The notes beneath the pieces are model-generated. The model was not told the DNA's origin. It saw only the letters and a list, made by a program, of their open reading frames with translations, and did not search any database. A program made the position numbers and the translations under genes. Below are positions 7,907-17,291 of a stretch of DNA of 64,000 nt, piece after piece (positions within the stretch are counted from its first letter, which is position 1; each line of letters starts with the position of its first letter). The DNA is taken from positions 23,351 to 87,350 of the forward strand of contig AWNV01000007.1 in the NCBI GenBank assembly GCA_000493965.1, given 5' to 3'. The stretch comes from Candidatus Aminicenans sakinawicola JGI OTU-1 (GTDB lineage Bacteria; Acidobacteriota; Aminicenantia; Aminicenantales; Aminicenantaceae).

Positions 7907-8920
7907 TTGCTTTATATCTTGCAATTGCAAAAGTATTATGATACGAGTATCGGGATTTTTATTGAGGAGGTGAGCGCCATTCCTTTCATATGGAAACCTT
8001 TAAACAAAAGGCTGGAGACAGGCATAGGTAATGACAGCCGTATATTTGTCATTTGCAATCCCCATTCGAACCGGGACCGGCACCGGAGGTTGATTCCACG
8101 CGAGATTAAAATCCTTAAGAAAGAAGGGCTCGACTTCATATATGCGATTACAGATAACCCGATGGATGAATATATCATCGCTAAGGATGCGGTCGAAGAT
8201 GGATTTAAAACAATTGTTGCTTCTGGCGGTGACAGCACCATAAGTAATATTGCTGATGCAATATTGACAACTAATCCGAAGATTAACTTTGGGATAATCC
8301 CTAACGGAACAGGCAATGATTATGCTACAGGGAACAGCATCCCTCGGTCTTTGCATGAAGCAGTAAAAACCATTAAACAGGGCAGGGTTGAGAAACGGGA
8401 TGTTATAAAAATCGGAAATCGCTATGCTGTGAGCCTCGTGGGATTCGGCTTTGATATTACAATGAGCGAGGTGCACCTTAAAAATAAAATACTAAAGGGG
8501 TCGGCGCTTTATTTTTATGCCATTATTGTTGCGATTTTTCGGCATAAAGGGTTTGAGATAACAGTAGAAATGGATGAAGGAAAGGAATTTAAAGGGAAAG
8601 CAATGATGCTTAATCTTGGTAATAATAAAATCTCGGGCGGAGGTTATATGACTTGTCCGGAGGCTGATATGAATGATGGTAAAATGGATGTAATGTTTAT
8701 TGAGGATTGTCCGCCCATGACCCGCCTGAAGCTGTTACAAATGGTTAAAAGCGCCACTCACCTTCGCCACCCGCTTGTCCATTATCAACAAACACGGAAA
8801 GTAGTTGTTAAAAGTGAGCTCCCGATAGCCTTTCATACAGAAGGGGAAATGTTTTATACAGAGCAAAACAGCATCGGTGCAGAAGTAATTCCAGATAAAC
8901 TCAACCTTATAGTTAGATAA
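7907..8920 (+). CDS. Diacylglycerol/lipid kinase family protein (YegS/BmrU-like)
   Basis: ICNPHS, SGGDST, IPNGTGNDYA and GFGFD motifs; true start uncertain, probably downstream of 7907. Confidence 0.85.
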   Translation: MLYILQLQKYYDTSIGIFIEEVSAIPFIWKPLNKRLETGIGNDSRIFVICNPHSNRDRHRRLIPREIKILKKEGLDFIYAITDNPMDEYIIAKDAVEDGFKTIVASGGDSTISNIADAILTTNPKINFGIIPNGTGNDYATGNSIPRSLHEAVKTIKQGRVEKRDVIKIGNRYAVSLVGFGFDITMSEVHLKNKILKGSALYFYAIIVAIFRHKGFEITVEMDEGKEFKGKAMMLNLGNNKISGGGYMTCPEADMNDGKMDVMFIEDCPPMTRLKLLQMVKSATHLRHPLVHYQQTRKVVVKSELPIAFHTEGEMFYTEQNSIGAEVIPDKLNLIVR

Positions 8921-8937
8921 TAGAAAATGACTGGAGC

Positions 8938-9699
8938 TTAAGCTTGGCTCTTACCCTCCAGTTGAGCAATGCGAGTTTTGTGAATTCTGTTGTATTCCTT
9001 CCGGACCCGGCATTCTATTTTTTCGCGCAGCTCGTTCCAGTCATCTCTTTTAAATTCTTTTGTAGCTAACGGGGGAAGAATGGTGATTTTTACTCGTCCG
9101 GAATGGTACCAAAAATTGTCCTTTCTTTTTATTTCTGCAGTACCGTCAATGACTATTGGCAGGATGGGTTTTTGTGCGTTGGTTGCAATATGCAGAAAAC
9201 CCTTTTTAAAACGCCCGATTTCGGGTTTTGCATAACGAGTCCCTTCAGGAAAAATCAGGATGCTGGCTTTTTCTTGTTTGAGGACATCGATGCTTTTATC
9301 CAGTGATTTGTATGCTTCCTCTGCGTTGGAACGGTTTATCGGTAGATATCCTGCCATTGACATGCACCACCCGAAGAACGGAAATGAGAATAAGAAACTG
9401 GATGCAAGAAATTTAAAATGGGTAGGAAGTATCCGTGCGAGAATAATTATGTCGACAGAACTTTTGTGATTGGATATTATTAGATATGACTTTTTGCGGT
9501 TAAGATGTTCCTTTCCTTCAATGGAGATTCTTATCCCGAGAATAAGAGATAACATTGTAAAGTACCATTTAATCATATAATGGGCCGTTTTTCCCGACCG
9601 GTCTATGATATGGATTATTGCCATTACAGGAGTTCCTATAATCATTATAGCCACACCTATAAAGAGGAAGCCGAATGTTGAAATGCCGGATATAATCAT
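8938..9699 (-). CDS. plsC: 1-acyl-sn-glycerol-3-phosphate acyltransferase
   Basis: SNHKSSVD (HxxxxD) and IFPEGTR motifs. Confidence 0.85.
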   Translation of the reverse strand: MIISGISTFGFLFIGVAIMIIGTPVMAIIHIIDRSGKTAHYMIKWYFTMLSLILGIRISIEGKEHLNRKKSYLIISNHKSSVDIIILARILPTHFKFLASSFLFSFPFFGWCMSMAGYLPINRSNAEEAYKSLDKSIDVLKQEKASILIFPEGTRYAKPEIGRFKKGFLHIATNAQKPILPIVIDGTAEIKRKDNFWYHSGRVKITILPPLATKEFKRDDWNELREKIECRVRKEYNRIHKTRIAQLEGKSQA

Positions 9700-9940
9700 A
9701 GCAGTATTTTAGCCGAACAGGATGTATCCTGCAAATTTGATATGGATTTTGCAAATGATTTCAGTTATTCTTTATGTATCTGTTGCATGATTTACAGGCC
9801 ATAATTTGAAGGAGCAGTAGTCATAGAAAGCATCTGGTGGCAAAATTTGAGGAACGATGAGTAAAATGAGGCCAAAAAAACCTAGAGAAGAGGGATGGAA
9901 ATTTTATTCAGCTTCTGTGTATAACAGTCTGGAAAGAAGG

Positions 9941-10606
9941 ATGTGCAAGAAGATATTGCTCTTGATTATTGTTATTGTTTTATTTTCTCTGTTCTTCTTT
10001 GTTTATTCTGCACCCTTTAAAGAAAAAATTGAGAGCGGGACGATTTCCATTTTTTTTATGGATGAAAAAGTCGGCTACGAGGAATATACATGGCAGTCAG
10101 ATGAGTTAGGTTATATTCTCACTGTAAAAGGCCGGATGACAAAACCGGTTGCCATGGAGATTGAACACCTTACAATTCGTCTGGATGAAAGTTTTATCCC
10201 TGCCAAATTTGTTTTAAAGGGCTCAGTAAATGGGGTAATACAGGAAGTGTCGAGCTCCATTATAGAGGGGTATGTAGAGAACAGGATTCTTGTTGCAGGC
10301 CAGGAACAAAAGAGTTCTGTAAATGTCAAGCGCAATGCTTTTCTTTTGCCAAACCCGATTTTTTCTCCATATATGGTCCTGACTAAAAAATTCCGATGCA
10401 CCCTTAAAGAAAAAGTTGATCTGTCTGCCTATATTATTCCACAGCTTGAGACTCCGTTTACTCTTGAGCCTAAAGAAGATGATTTCTGTTTCCTTATCAT
10501 GCAAATAAACGGCACACAAATTAACATTGAAACAGATGGTAACGGGAATCTGAAAAGCCTTCATATCCCATTCCAAAACTTGAGAGTGATTCAAGACAAT
10601 CTTTAG
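9941..10606 (+). CDS. Exported hypothetical beta-rich protein
   Basis: ORF 9857..10606; ATG9941 gives a signal-peptide-like N-terminus (MCKKILLLIIVIVLF). Confidence 0.7.
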   Translation: MCKKILLLIIVIVLFSLFFFVYSAPFKEKIESGTISIFFMDEKVGYEEYTWQSDELGYILTVKGRMTKPVAMEIEHLTIRLDESFIPAKFVLKGSVNGVIQEVSSSIIEGYVENRILVAGQEQKSSVNVKRNAFLLPNPIFSPYMVLTKKFRCTLKEKVDLSAYIIPQLETPFTLEPKEDDFCFLIMQINGTQINIETDGNGNLKSLHIPFQNLRVIQDNL

Positions 10607-10624
10607 AAATACAATCAAAAACTC

Positions 10625-10653
10625 TTGACATTGGAGGGAGAACAATATACAAT
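10625..10653 (+). promoter_or_regulatory. Sigma70-like promoter
   Basis: TTGACA-17 nt-TACAAT upstream of the MerR gene. Confidence 0.65.
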
Positions 10654-10702
10654 CATGCGTACACTGTCATTTGTAATATGAAAGTATGCGTAGAGAGATA
10701 AG

Positions 10703-11419
10703 ATGAAAAAAGTCGTATATTCAAAGGATGAGCTTATAGTTAAGGCAAAGATAACAGAAAAAACTCTTAGTGAGTGGGAAAAGATAAAACTGTTAAAGCC
10801 GGATGGTATGACAAATGGTAAAATTCCTTTCTACAAGGAACATACATTTGAAAAGGTTCTTCATATCAAGAAGCTGCTGGATATAGGGTATGAATTGGGT
10901 GATATAAATAAGATCATAAGAAAAGTCGGGATGCCCCAGATAGAAAAAACAAGCAGAACTCAGGCAAAGTCGAATGAGTTCCTGACCGTTGGAGGCCTTG
11001 CGGAACGTGTTGGTGTTAGCCCTCGTGCGATTAAACACTGGGAAACTAAAGGCATCATAGAACCTGACATGAGAAGCGAGGGAGGTTTTAGACTGTATTC
11101 GGAAATATACATCTATTTGTGTAATCTCATTAAAGACCTCCAGCTTTTCGGATATTCACTTGAAGAGATAAAAACTATTTCGGATTTATTCAGAGATTTT
11201 CTGGAAATCAGGACTAACCTGTCAATATACTCCAAGAAGGAAAACGAAGTAAAATTTAATGAAATGCTTCAGGGGATTCAGGCTCTTTTTAGTAAAATAA
11301 GGCTCTTGAAAGAAGGAATGGAACGATGGGAGGATTTATTAAAAAAGAAGAAAAAAGAAGTAATGAGTCTCAAAAATCAGAATAAGAAGCGCAGTGATTT
11401 GATAAGGAGAAAAAAATGA
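10703..11419 (+). CDS. MerR-family regulator with two tandem MerR HTH domains
   Basis: HTH1 ITEKTLSEWEK..LLKP; HTH2 LTVGGLAERVGVSPRAIKHWETKGII..RSEGGFRLY; coiled-coil tail. Confidence 0.85.
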   Translation: MKKVVYSKDELIVKAKITEKTLSEWEKIKLLKPDGMTNGKIPFYKEHTFEKVLHIKKLLDIGYELGDINKIIRKVGMPQIEKTSRTQAKSNEFLTVGGLAERVGVSPRAIKHWETKGIIEPDMRSEGGFRLYSEIYIYLCNLIKDLQLFGYSLEEIKTISDLFRDFLEIRTNLSIYSKKENEVKFNEMLQGIQALFSKIRLLKEGMERWEDLLKKKKKEVMSLKNQNKKRSDLIRRKK

Positions 11420-12852
11420 GTAAGATGATTTTTATTGAACCAAAAGCTCCCAATTTACATATATTTTCACAGTTTCCGCTGCCCAGATTAGGAAGCTATA
11501 TTTTGGGAACTTTAATGAAACAGCGAGGATGGGATGTTGAAGTGATCTATGAGGAAGTAAGAAAGATAGATTTTGATGACGTTAAATCTGCGGATATTGT
11601 AGGCATCTCGACGATTACTTCAACTGCACCGAGGGCATACATGATAGCAGATAAAATCAGGCAGATGGGGATTCCGGTTATCATGGGAGGCCCGCATGTC
11701 ACATTTTTGACCGAGGAGGCACTTGAGCATGCTGACTATGTTGTGCGTGGAGAGGGAGAAAAGCCTCTCATGGCGTTTATTGATGCATGGGAAAAAGGGA
11801 CTGATGATTATTCTTCTGTCCCGAGTTTGTCCTACAAGATAAATGGGGGAGTTGCACATAATCCTCTCGAACCATTTCTGGATGATTTAGATCAAATTCC
11901 ATTCCCTGATTTTTCGAAGTTTAAAGAAGCAGATAAACATGTTGCCGGCCACAGGACTATTCCAATCCAGACTTCCAGGGGCTGTCCGTATAACTGTTCT
12001 TTCTGTTCTGTGACTGGGATGTTCGGGAGGAAATACAGGTTTCGTTCGGTACAAAGTGTTATCGAAGAACTACGCCAGTACAATGATAAGAAAAATATTA
12101 TATTTTTTTACGATGATAATTTTGCGGCTAACCCCAAGCACACAAAAGAATTGTTGAAGGCTATGATACAAGAAAAATTTGAATTCAAGTGGTCGACTCA
12201 AGTGAGAGTAGATGCAGCCAGAGATGAAGAAGTAATCAGGCTCATGAAAAAGGCAGGCTGCCATACCCTGTATATTGGATTTGAATCGGTAAACCCTCGA
12301 AGTTTAAAAGAGATGAAGAAAAAACAGACAGTCAAGGAAATAACTCAGGCGATAAAGGTAATCAGGCGCCATCGGATCCATATTCATGGAATGTTTGTAT
12401 ACGGTTTTGACGAAGATGATTGGAAAACAATTAAAAAGACAGTGAGATTTTCCATAAGAATGAAATTAACATCCACACAATTCCTTATTTTAACACCTTT
12501 GCCAGGGTCTGAATTTTATAACAGGATGAAAGCTGAAAACAGAATTTTATTTAATGATTGGGCATTATATGATGCCCATCATGTTGTTTTTTGGCCTTCA
12601 CGCCTTTCCCTTTTTCGTTTGCAGTGGGCTCAAATTTTCAGCCACAAAAAATTTTATTCCTGGAGAGAGACGGTAAAAAAGTTTTTTAAGTTAAGATGGT
12701 TTGACCTGGCCATTGCTCACTATGCACGAAAATTAAACCGGATGTGGAAGAGAAAAAATAAAACATTTCTCAAAGTTGTAGATTTGTTGACAAACAAGAA
12801 AAATGCGAGGATTGAAATCGATTATAGACAAGATATTGCCCTGGACAAGTAA
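11416..12852 (+). CDS. B12-binding-domain radical SAM protein
   Basis: VGISTIT..APRAY and MGGPHVT cobalamin domain; TSRGCPYNCSFC (CxxxCxxC); DDNF; overlaps the MerR stop (ATGA). Confidence 0.9.
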   Translation: MSKMIFIEPKAPNLHIFSQFPLPRLGSYILGTLMKQRGWDVEVIYEEVRKIDFDDVKSADIVGISTITSTAPRAYMIADKIRQMGIPVIMGGPHVTFLTEEALEHADYVVRGEGEKPLMAFIDAWEKGTDDYSSVPSLSYKINGGVAHNPLEPFLDDLDQIPFPDFSKFKEADKHVAGHRTIPIQTSRGCPYNCSFCSVTGMFGRKYRFRSVQSVIEELRQYNDKKNIIFFYDDNFAANPKHTKELLKAMIQEKFEFKWSTQVRVDAARDEEVIRLMKKAGCHTLYIGFESVNPRSLKEMKKKQTVKEITQAIKVIRRHRIHIHGMFVYGFDEDDWKTIKKTVRFSIRMKLTSTQFLILTPLPGSEFYNRMKAENRILFNDWALYDAHHVVFWPSRLSLFRLQWAQIFSHKKFYSWRETVKKFFKLRWFDLAIAHYARKLNRMWKRKNKTFLKVVDLLTNKKNARIEIDYRQDIALDK

Positions 12853-13143
12853 ATTGTCAAGGCAGCCGTAGAAAGAGGTTTCCAAATCGGGACAAAGTTT
12901 TAGATCAAATCAAAACACTATATTTAACTTCAGGTTATAAATAAGTACAAATCGGTTGACTTTTATAACTTACAGTGGATTTTTTCTATTGCAAAAGATA
13001 TGTCCAGGCACGAAAAATCTAACCGGAATGCATCTTAACTGCAGTATCTTAATGCTAAAAAAGGATGGAATACTTATCTTGACATTGATTCAGGCAAATC
13101 TATAGAATAGACGAGTAAAATCGATAATTTGTTAAGAAAAACA

Positions 13144-14100
13144 ATGGCTGCAAGAAAAGATTTTTATCAGTTAGAAAAAAACATTATCCTTTTAAAGGAG
13201 AAGATAGACGATCTCGAAGAAAAAGAGGAAGCTGGATGGGGAGAAAAGGTTAAACTGTTAAGAAAGAAAATCGAACAGCAGTGGGCTGAGATCAAACCGC
13301 AGCTGACACCGTTCAACATTGTCCAGATTGCACGGCATCCTAAAAGACCGTATACACTGGATTATATAGAATATCTGACTGAAGATTTTATGGAATTCCA
13401 CGGGGACCGCCGTTCTGGAGACGACCCTGCGATAATAGCAGGCTTTGGCTGTTATAAAGGCCAGACAGCAGCTTTCATCGGCCATCAAAAGGGCAGGACA
13501 ACCCGATTAAGAATTGCCAGAAATTTTGGTCAGCCTAATCCTGAAGGCTATCGTAAAGCACTGAGGATTATGAGACTTGCTGAAAAATTCGGGTTTCCTG
13601 TTATTACACTGATCGATACACCAGGGGCTTATCCTGGAATCCATGCTGAGGAAAAAGGCCAGGCTGAGGCGATTGCATATAATTTAAAGGAGATTTCAAA
13701 GCTTAGGGTTCCTGTGGTTAATGTAGTTATTGGGGAAGGAGGAAGCGGTGGGGCTTTGGGTATCGGTGTTGGCGATGTACTTTTGATTTTGGAGTATTCA
13801 TTTTACTCTGTTATTTCTCCTGAAGGATGTGCGGCAATCCTCTGGAAAGACCAGAGTGCTGTTAATCAGGCTGCAGAAAACTTGAAGTTTTTGGCCAAAG
13901 ATTTGCTGGAGCTGGGAATTGTTGACAAGATTATCCCGGAACCTCCGGGAGGTGCACATATAGATTATAAACAGGTATTCAAGAATGTAGATGAACAGAT
14001 AAACATGTCTATGAAAAAAATAAAGCAGAAGTCAATAGAAAACATGCTGGAAGATAGATACCAAAAATTCAGGAAGATAGGAGTTTTCGTCGAGAAATGA
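13144..14100 (+). CDS. accA: Acetyl-CoA carboxylase carboxyltransferase alpha subunit
   Basis: ARHPKRPYTLDY, FGQPNPEGYRKA, IDTPGAYPG and GEGGSGGALG motifs. Confidence 0.95.
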   Translation: MAARKDFYQLEKNIILLKEKIDDLEEKEEAGWGEKVKLLRKKIEQQWAEIKPQLTPFNIVQIARHPKRPYTLDYIEYLTEDFMEFHGDRRSGDDPAIIAGFGCYKGQTAAFIGHQKGRTTRLRIARNFGQPNPEGYRKALRIMRLAEKFGFPVITLIDTPGAYPGIHAEEKGQAEAIAYNLKEISKLRVPVVNVVIGEGGSGGALGIGVGDVLLILEYSFYSVISPEGCAAILWKDQSAVNQAAENLKFLAKDLLELGIVDKIIPEPPGGAHIDYKQVFKNVDEQINMSMKKIKQKSIENMLEDRYQKFRKIGVFVEK

Positions 14101-15356
14101 CACCAAAGACAAAGAATAAGAAAATTTTTGCCATAAAGGGTACGAAAGACATCCTTCCTCAAGAAGCGAGGAAGTGGCAAAAAGTGGAATCAGTTGCCAA
14201 GCGAATTTTTGAAGTCTATGGTTATCGGGAAATACGGACACCCATATTTGAAGCTACAGAACTTTTCGAGAAAGGTACTGGACAGACAACGGATATTGTT
14301 ATCAAGGAAATGTATACTTTTACTGATAAAGGGGGACGTTCTCTGACGCTGCGGCCGGAGTATACCCCTTCGGTAGTGCGTGCCATCATTGAAAACAGGT
14401 TGTATCTTCAACCTCAACCACAGAGGTTTTATTTCATGGGCCCTATGTTCCGGTATGATAAACCTCAAAAAGGGCGTTACCGCCAGTTTCATCAGATAGA
14501 CATTGAAGTTTTCGGTGAGAAGGATCCGGCTATTGATGCTGAAATAGTAGAGATGGCAGCTCGTCTCTTTAAAGAGTTAAATGTTGTTGACGTGGAAATC
14601 CTGGTAAATTCCGTTGGCTGCAGGAACTGTCGGCCTCCCTATCTTGAAGAATTAAGACGGAAGGCTGGTGAATACATAGGCCAGCTTTGTGCGGACTGTC
14701 AGAGGAAAGTTGTAACAAATCCTTTAAGAATTTTTGACTGCAAAGTTGAACTCTGTAATGAAATTTCACGCAGCTTTCCTAATATCATTGATTATCTCTG
14801 TCCGGAGTGTGAGGAACATTTCAGCAGGTTTTGTTCCTGCCTGGATCTTTACGGAATAAAATATACTGTAGAGCCCCGCCTGGTTCGCGGGCTGGATTAT
14901 TACACAAAAACTGCATTTGAATTTGTTTCATCGAAATTAGGGGCCCAGGATGCTGTTCTTGGCGGAGGCAGATATGATGATATGATGAAAGCATTTGGGG
15001 GTCCAGAAATATGTGGCATCGGTTTTGCCATGGGACTGGAAAGATTTATTTCGGTTGTCCCTTTCGAAGAAAAGAAGGAGGATTTCCTTTATTTAGCCCA
15101 CATGGGTGATAGGGCAAAAAAAGCGGGAATGGAATTAGCCAGATTCTTGAGGCAGAAGGGGATAGAATGCCTTATTGAGTACAAAGAGCGGAGCCTTAAG
15201 AATCAAATAAGCCGTGCCAATAAGCTGGGAGCAAAATGGGTCTTGATTGTGGGAGAGGAAGAAGTGAAAAAAGGCCGTTATCAGCTTAAAAATATGGCTA
15301 CTGGCTTACAGGAAGAGATTACTAAGGAAGAAATGCCTAGCATTCTTTTAGCTTAG
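14097..15356 (+). CDS. hisS: Histidine--tRNA ligase
   Basis: [29 protein letters not shown] and GGGRYD motifs. Confidence 0.97.
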   Translation: MTPKTKNKKIFAIKGTKDILPQEARKWQKVESVAKRIFEVYGYREIRTPIFEATELFEKGTGQTTDIVIKEMYTFTDKGGRSLTLRPEYTPSVVRAIIENRLYLQPQPQRFYFMGPMFRYDKPQKGRYRQFHQIDIEVFGEKDPAIDAEIVEMAARLFKELNVVDVEILVNSVGCRNCRPPYLEELRRKAGEYIGQLCADCQRKVVTNPLRIFDCKVELCNEISRSFPNIIDYLCPECEEHFSRFCSCLDLYGIKYTVEPRLVRGLDYYTKTAFEFVSSKLGAQDAVLGGGRYDDMMKAFGGPEICGIGFAMGLERFISVVPFEEKKEDFLYLAHMGDRAKKAGMELARFLRQKGIECLIEYKERSLKNQISRANKLGAKWVLIVGEEEVKKGRYQLKNMATGLQEEITKEEMPSILLA

Positions 15357-15372
15357 TAAAAGGATAGAACAA

Positions 15373-17139
15373 ATGGGGTGCGACACATTGTCAGATTGGA
15401 GGCGAACAGTCTATTGTGGTGCTCTGCGAAGGAAAGATGCCGGCAGGGAAGTGACCCTTCTCGGTTGGGTCAACAGACAGAGAGACATAGGGAATTTAGT
15501 TTTTCTCGACCTTAGGGATAGAGAGGGGTTGGCCCAGATTGTTGTGACTTCTGAGAACACAGGGCTTTTGGAGAAAGCAAAGACAATCAGGATGGAATAT
15601 GTGATTGGAATAAAGGGAGTTGTGAGGAAGCGGGAGGAGTGTTCCATAAATCCCAATCTTCCAACAGGAGAGATAGAAGTTGAGGCAAAAGAGCTTAAAG
15701 TTCTGAGCGTGTCTAGAGTCCCTCCTTTTGTGATTTCTGACCCTCCTAATGCGACTGAAGAGCTCCGTTTTAAGTACAGATACCTGGATTTGAGAAGACC
15801 CTCCATGCAGCGCAGTATAAAGCTGAGGCATCAGGCAGTACTCTGCATCCGCAATTTCCTGAGCAGCGAAGGTTTTTACGAGGTTGAGACTCCATTTCTT
15901 ACTAAATCGACTCCAGAAGGAGCCAGGGATTACCTTGTGCCTAGCCGGGTGTATAAGGGGAAGTTTTTTGCTTTGCCTCAATCTCCCCAGATTTTTAAGC
16001 AGATCCTTATGATTTCGGGGCTTGACCGTTATTTCCAAATTGTGCGCTGTTTCCGGGATGAAGATTTAAGAGCAGACCGCCAGCCCGAGTTTACTCAGAT
16101 CGACCTGGAAATGAGTTTCATAGACAGGGAAGAGATTTTTCAAATAGTAGAAGCCATGATGGCTTCGGTTTTTAAAATTATCGGTATAAAGGTTGATGTG
16201 CCATTTGCCAGACTCACCTATAAAGAGAGTATGGAAGCATACGGGACTGACAAGCCTGATCTGCGTTCTGGGATGAAGATAGAGGACTTAACGGAAATTG
16301 CTGCCAGAGTCGATTCAGATGTTATAAAAAGCTCGCTCTCTGCAGGCGGTGTATTAATGGGAATAGCCGTGGAAAAAGGAGAAAGTTTTTCCAGAAGCCG
16401 GCTTGAAAAGCTCAATCAGAATGCAAAAGTCCCTGGAGGAAAAGGTATTATCTGGATAAAAAAGCCAGAAGGGTTTAAGTCTTCCTTGAGAATGGCAGAA
16501 AAAGATATCGATTTGATCTGGCAAAAAATGAATGTGGGAAAGGAAGATTTAGTTTTGCTGATTGCTGATAAGAAAAAGACCGTATTAAAGATATTGGGGG
16601 AAATCCGCCGGTCTCTTATTTCTGAGCAGTACAAAGAACCAGAATTATTTAAGTTCGCATGGGTGACAGACTTCCCGCTTTTTGAATGGAGCGAAGATGA
16701 AAATCGTCTTGTCTCAATGCATCATCCTTTCACTTCTCCTTGGGAGAAGGATACGGAGTTATTGGAGAAAGAACCTCTTCGTGTGAGAGCGAAATCATAT
16801 GACCTTATTCTTAATGGGATAGAAATAGGAGGGGGATCGATCCGCATTCATAACTTTGACCTTCAAGAAAAGGTGTTCAGGACTCTCGGCCTAGATGAAA
16901 GGGAGGTCCAGGAAAAATTCGGGTTTTTCCTGGAAGCTCTTTCTTATGGGACACCTCCTCACGGTGGAATTGCTCTTGGAGTGGATCGTATTGTCATGTT
17001 ACTTGCAGGCCAGGATTCTATCCGCGACGTCATTCCTTTTCCCAAGACAACGAGCTCGTTGTGTCTGCTCACAAATTCTCCTTCAGAGGTTGATCCAAAG
17101 CAGCTCAAGGATCTCGGATTGAAGAAATCTGACAGATAA
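15373..17139 (+). CDS. aspS: Aspartate--tRNA ligase (bacterial type)
   Basis: [33 protein letters not shown] and PPHGGIALG motifs. Confidence 0.97.
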   Translation: MGCDTLSDWRRTVYCGALRRKDAGREVTLLGWVNRQRDIGNLVFLDLRDREGLAQIVVTSENTGLLEKAKTIRMEYVIGIKGVVRKREECSINPNLPTGEIEVEAKELKVLSVSRVPPFVISDPPNATEELRFKYRYLDLRRPSMQRSIKLRHQAVLCIRNFLSSEGFYEVETPFLTKSTPEGARDYLVPSRVYKGKFFALPQSPQIFKQILMISGLDRYFQIVRCFRDEDLRADRQPEFTQIDLEMSFIDREEIFQIVEAMMASVFKIIGIKVDVPFARLTYKESMEAYGTDKPDLRSGMKIEDLTEIAARVDSDVIKSSLSAGGVLMGIAVEKGESFSRSRLEKLNQNAKVPGGKGIIWIKKPEGFKSSLRMAEKDIDLIWQKMNVGKEDLVLLIADKKKTVLKILGEIRRSLISEQYKEPELFKFAWVTDFPLFEWSEDENRLVSMHHPFTSPWEKDTELLEKEPLRVRAKSYDLILNGIEIGGGSIRIHNFDLQEKVFRTLGLDEREVQEKFGFFLEALSYGTPPHGGIALGVDRIVMLLAGQDSIRDVIPFPKTTSSLCLLTNSPSEVDPKQLKDLGLKKSDR

Positions 17140-17160
17140 GAAGAAGAGGAAAAGATGAAT

Positions 17161-17226
17161 TTGAGAGTATGGCTGTGCTCCACTCAGATTTTTTAACGCC
17201 ATCTCCTCAAATTCATCCACTCTCAG
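17161..17226. repeat. Imperfect inverted-repeat element between convergent genes
   Basis: TGAGAGT(17162-17168)...ACTCTCA(17219-17225), with internal CCACTCAG/CCACTCTCAG. Confidence 0.4.
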
Positions 17227-17291
17227 ATGTTCTATCTAAGTCCTGATTATTGTGATAAGCCGATCAGGGCTAATTATTCAGGAGTGGTTTA

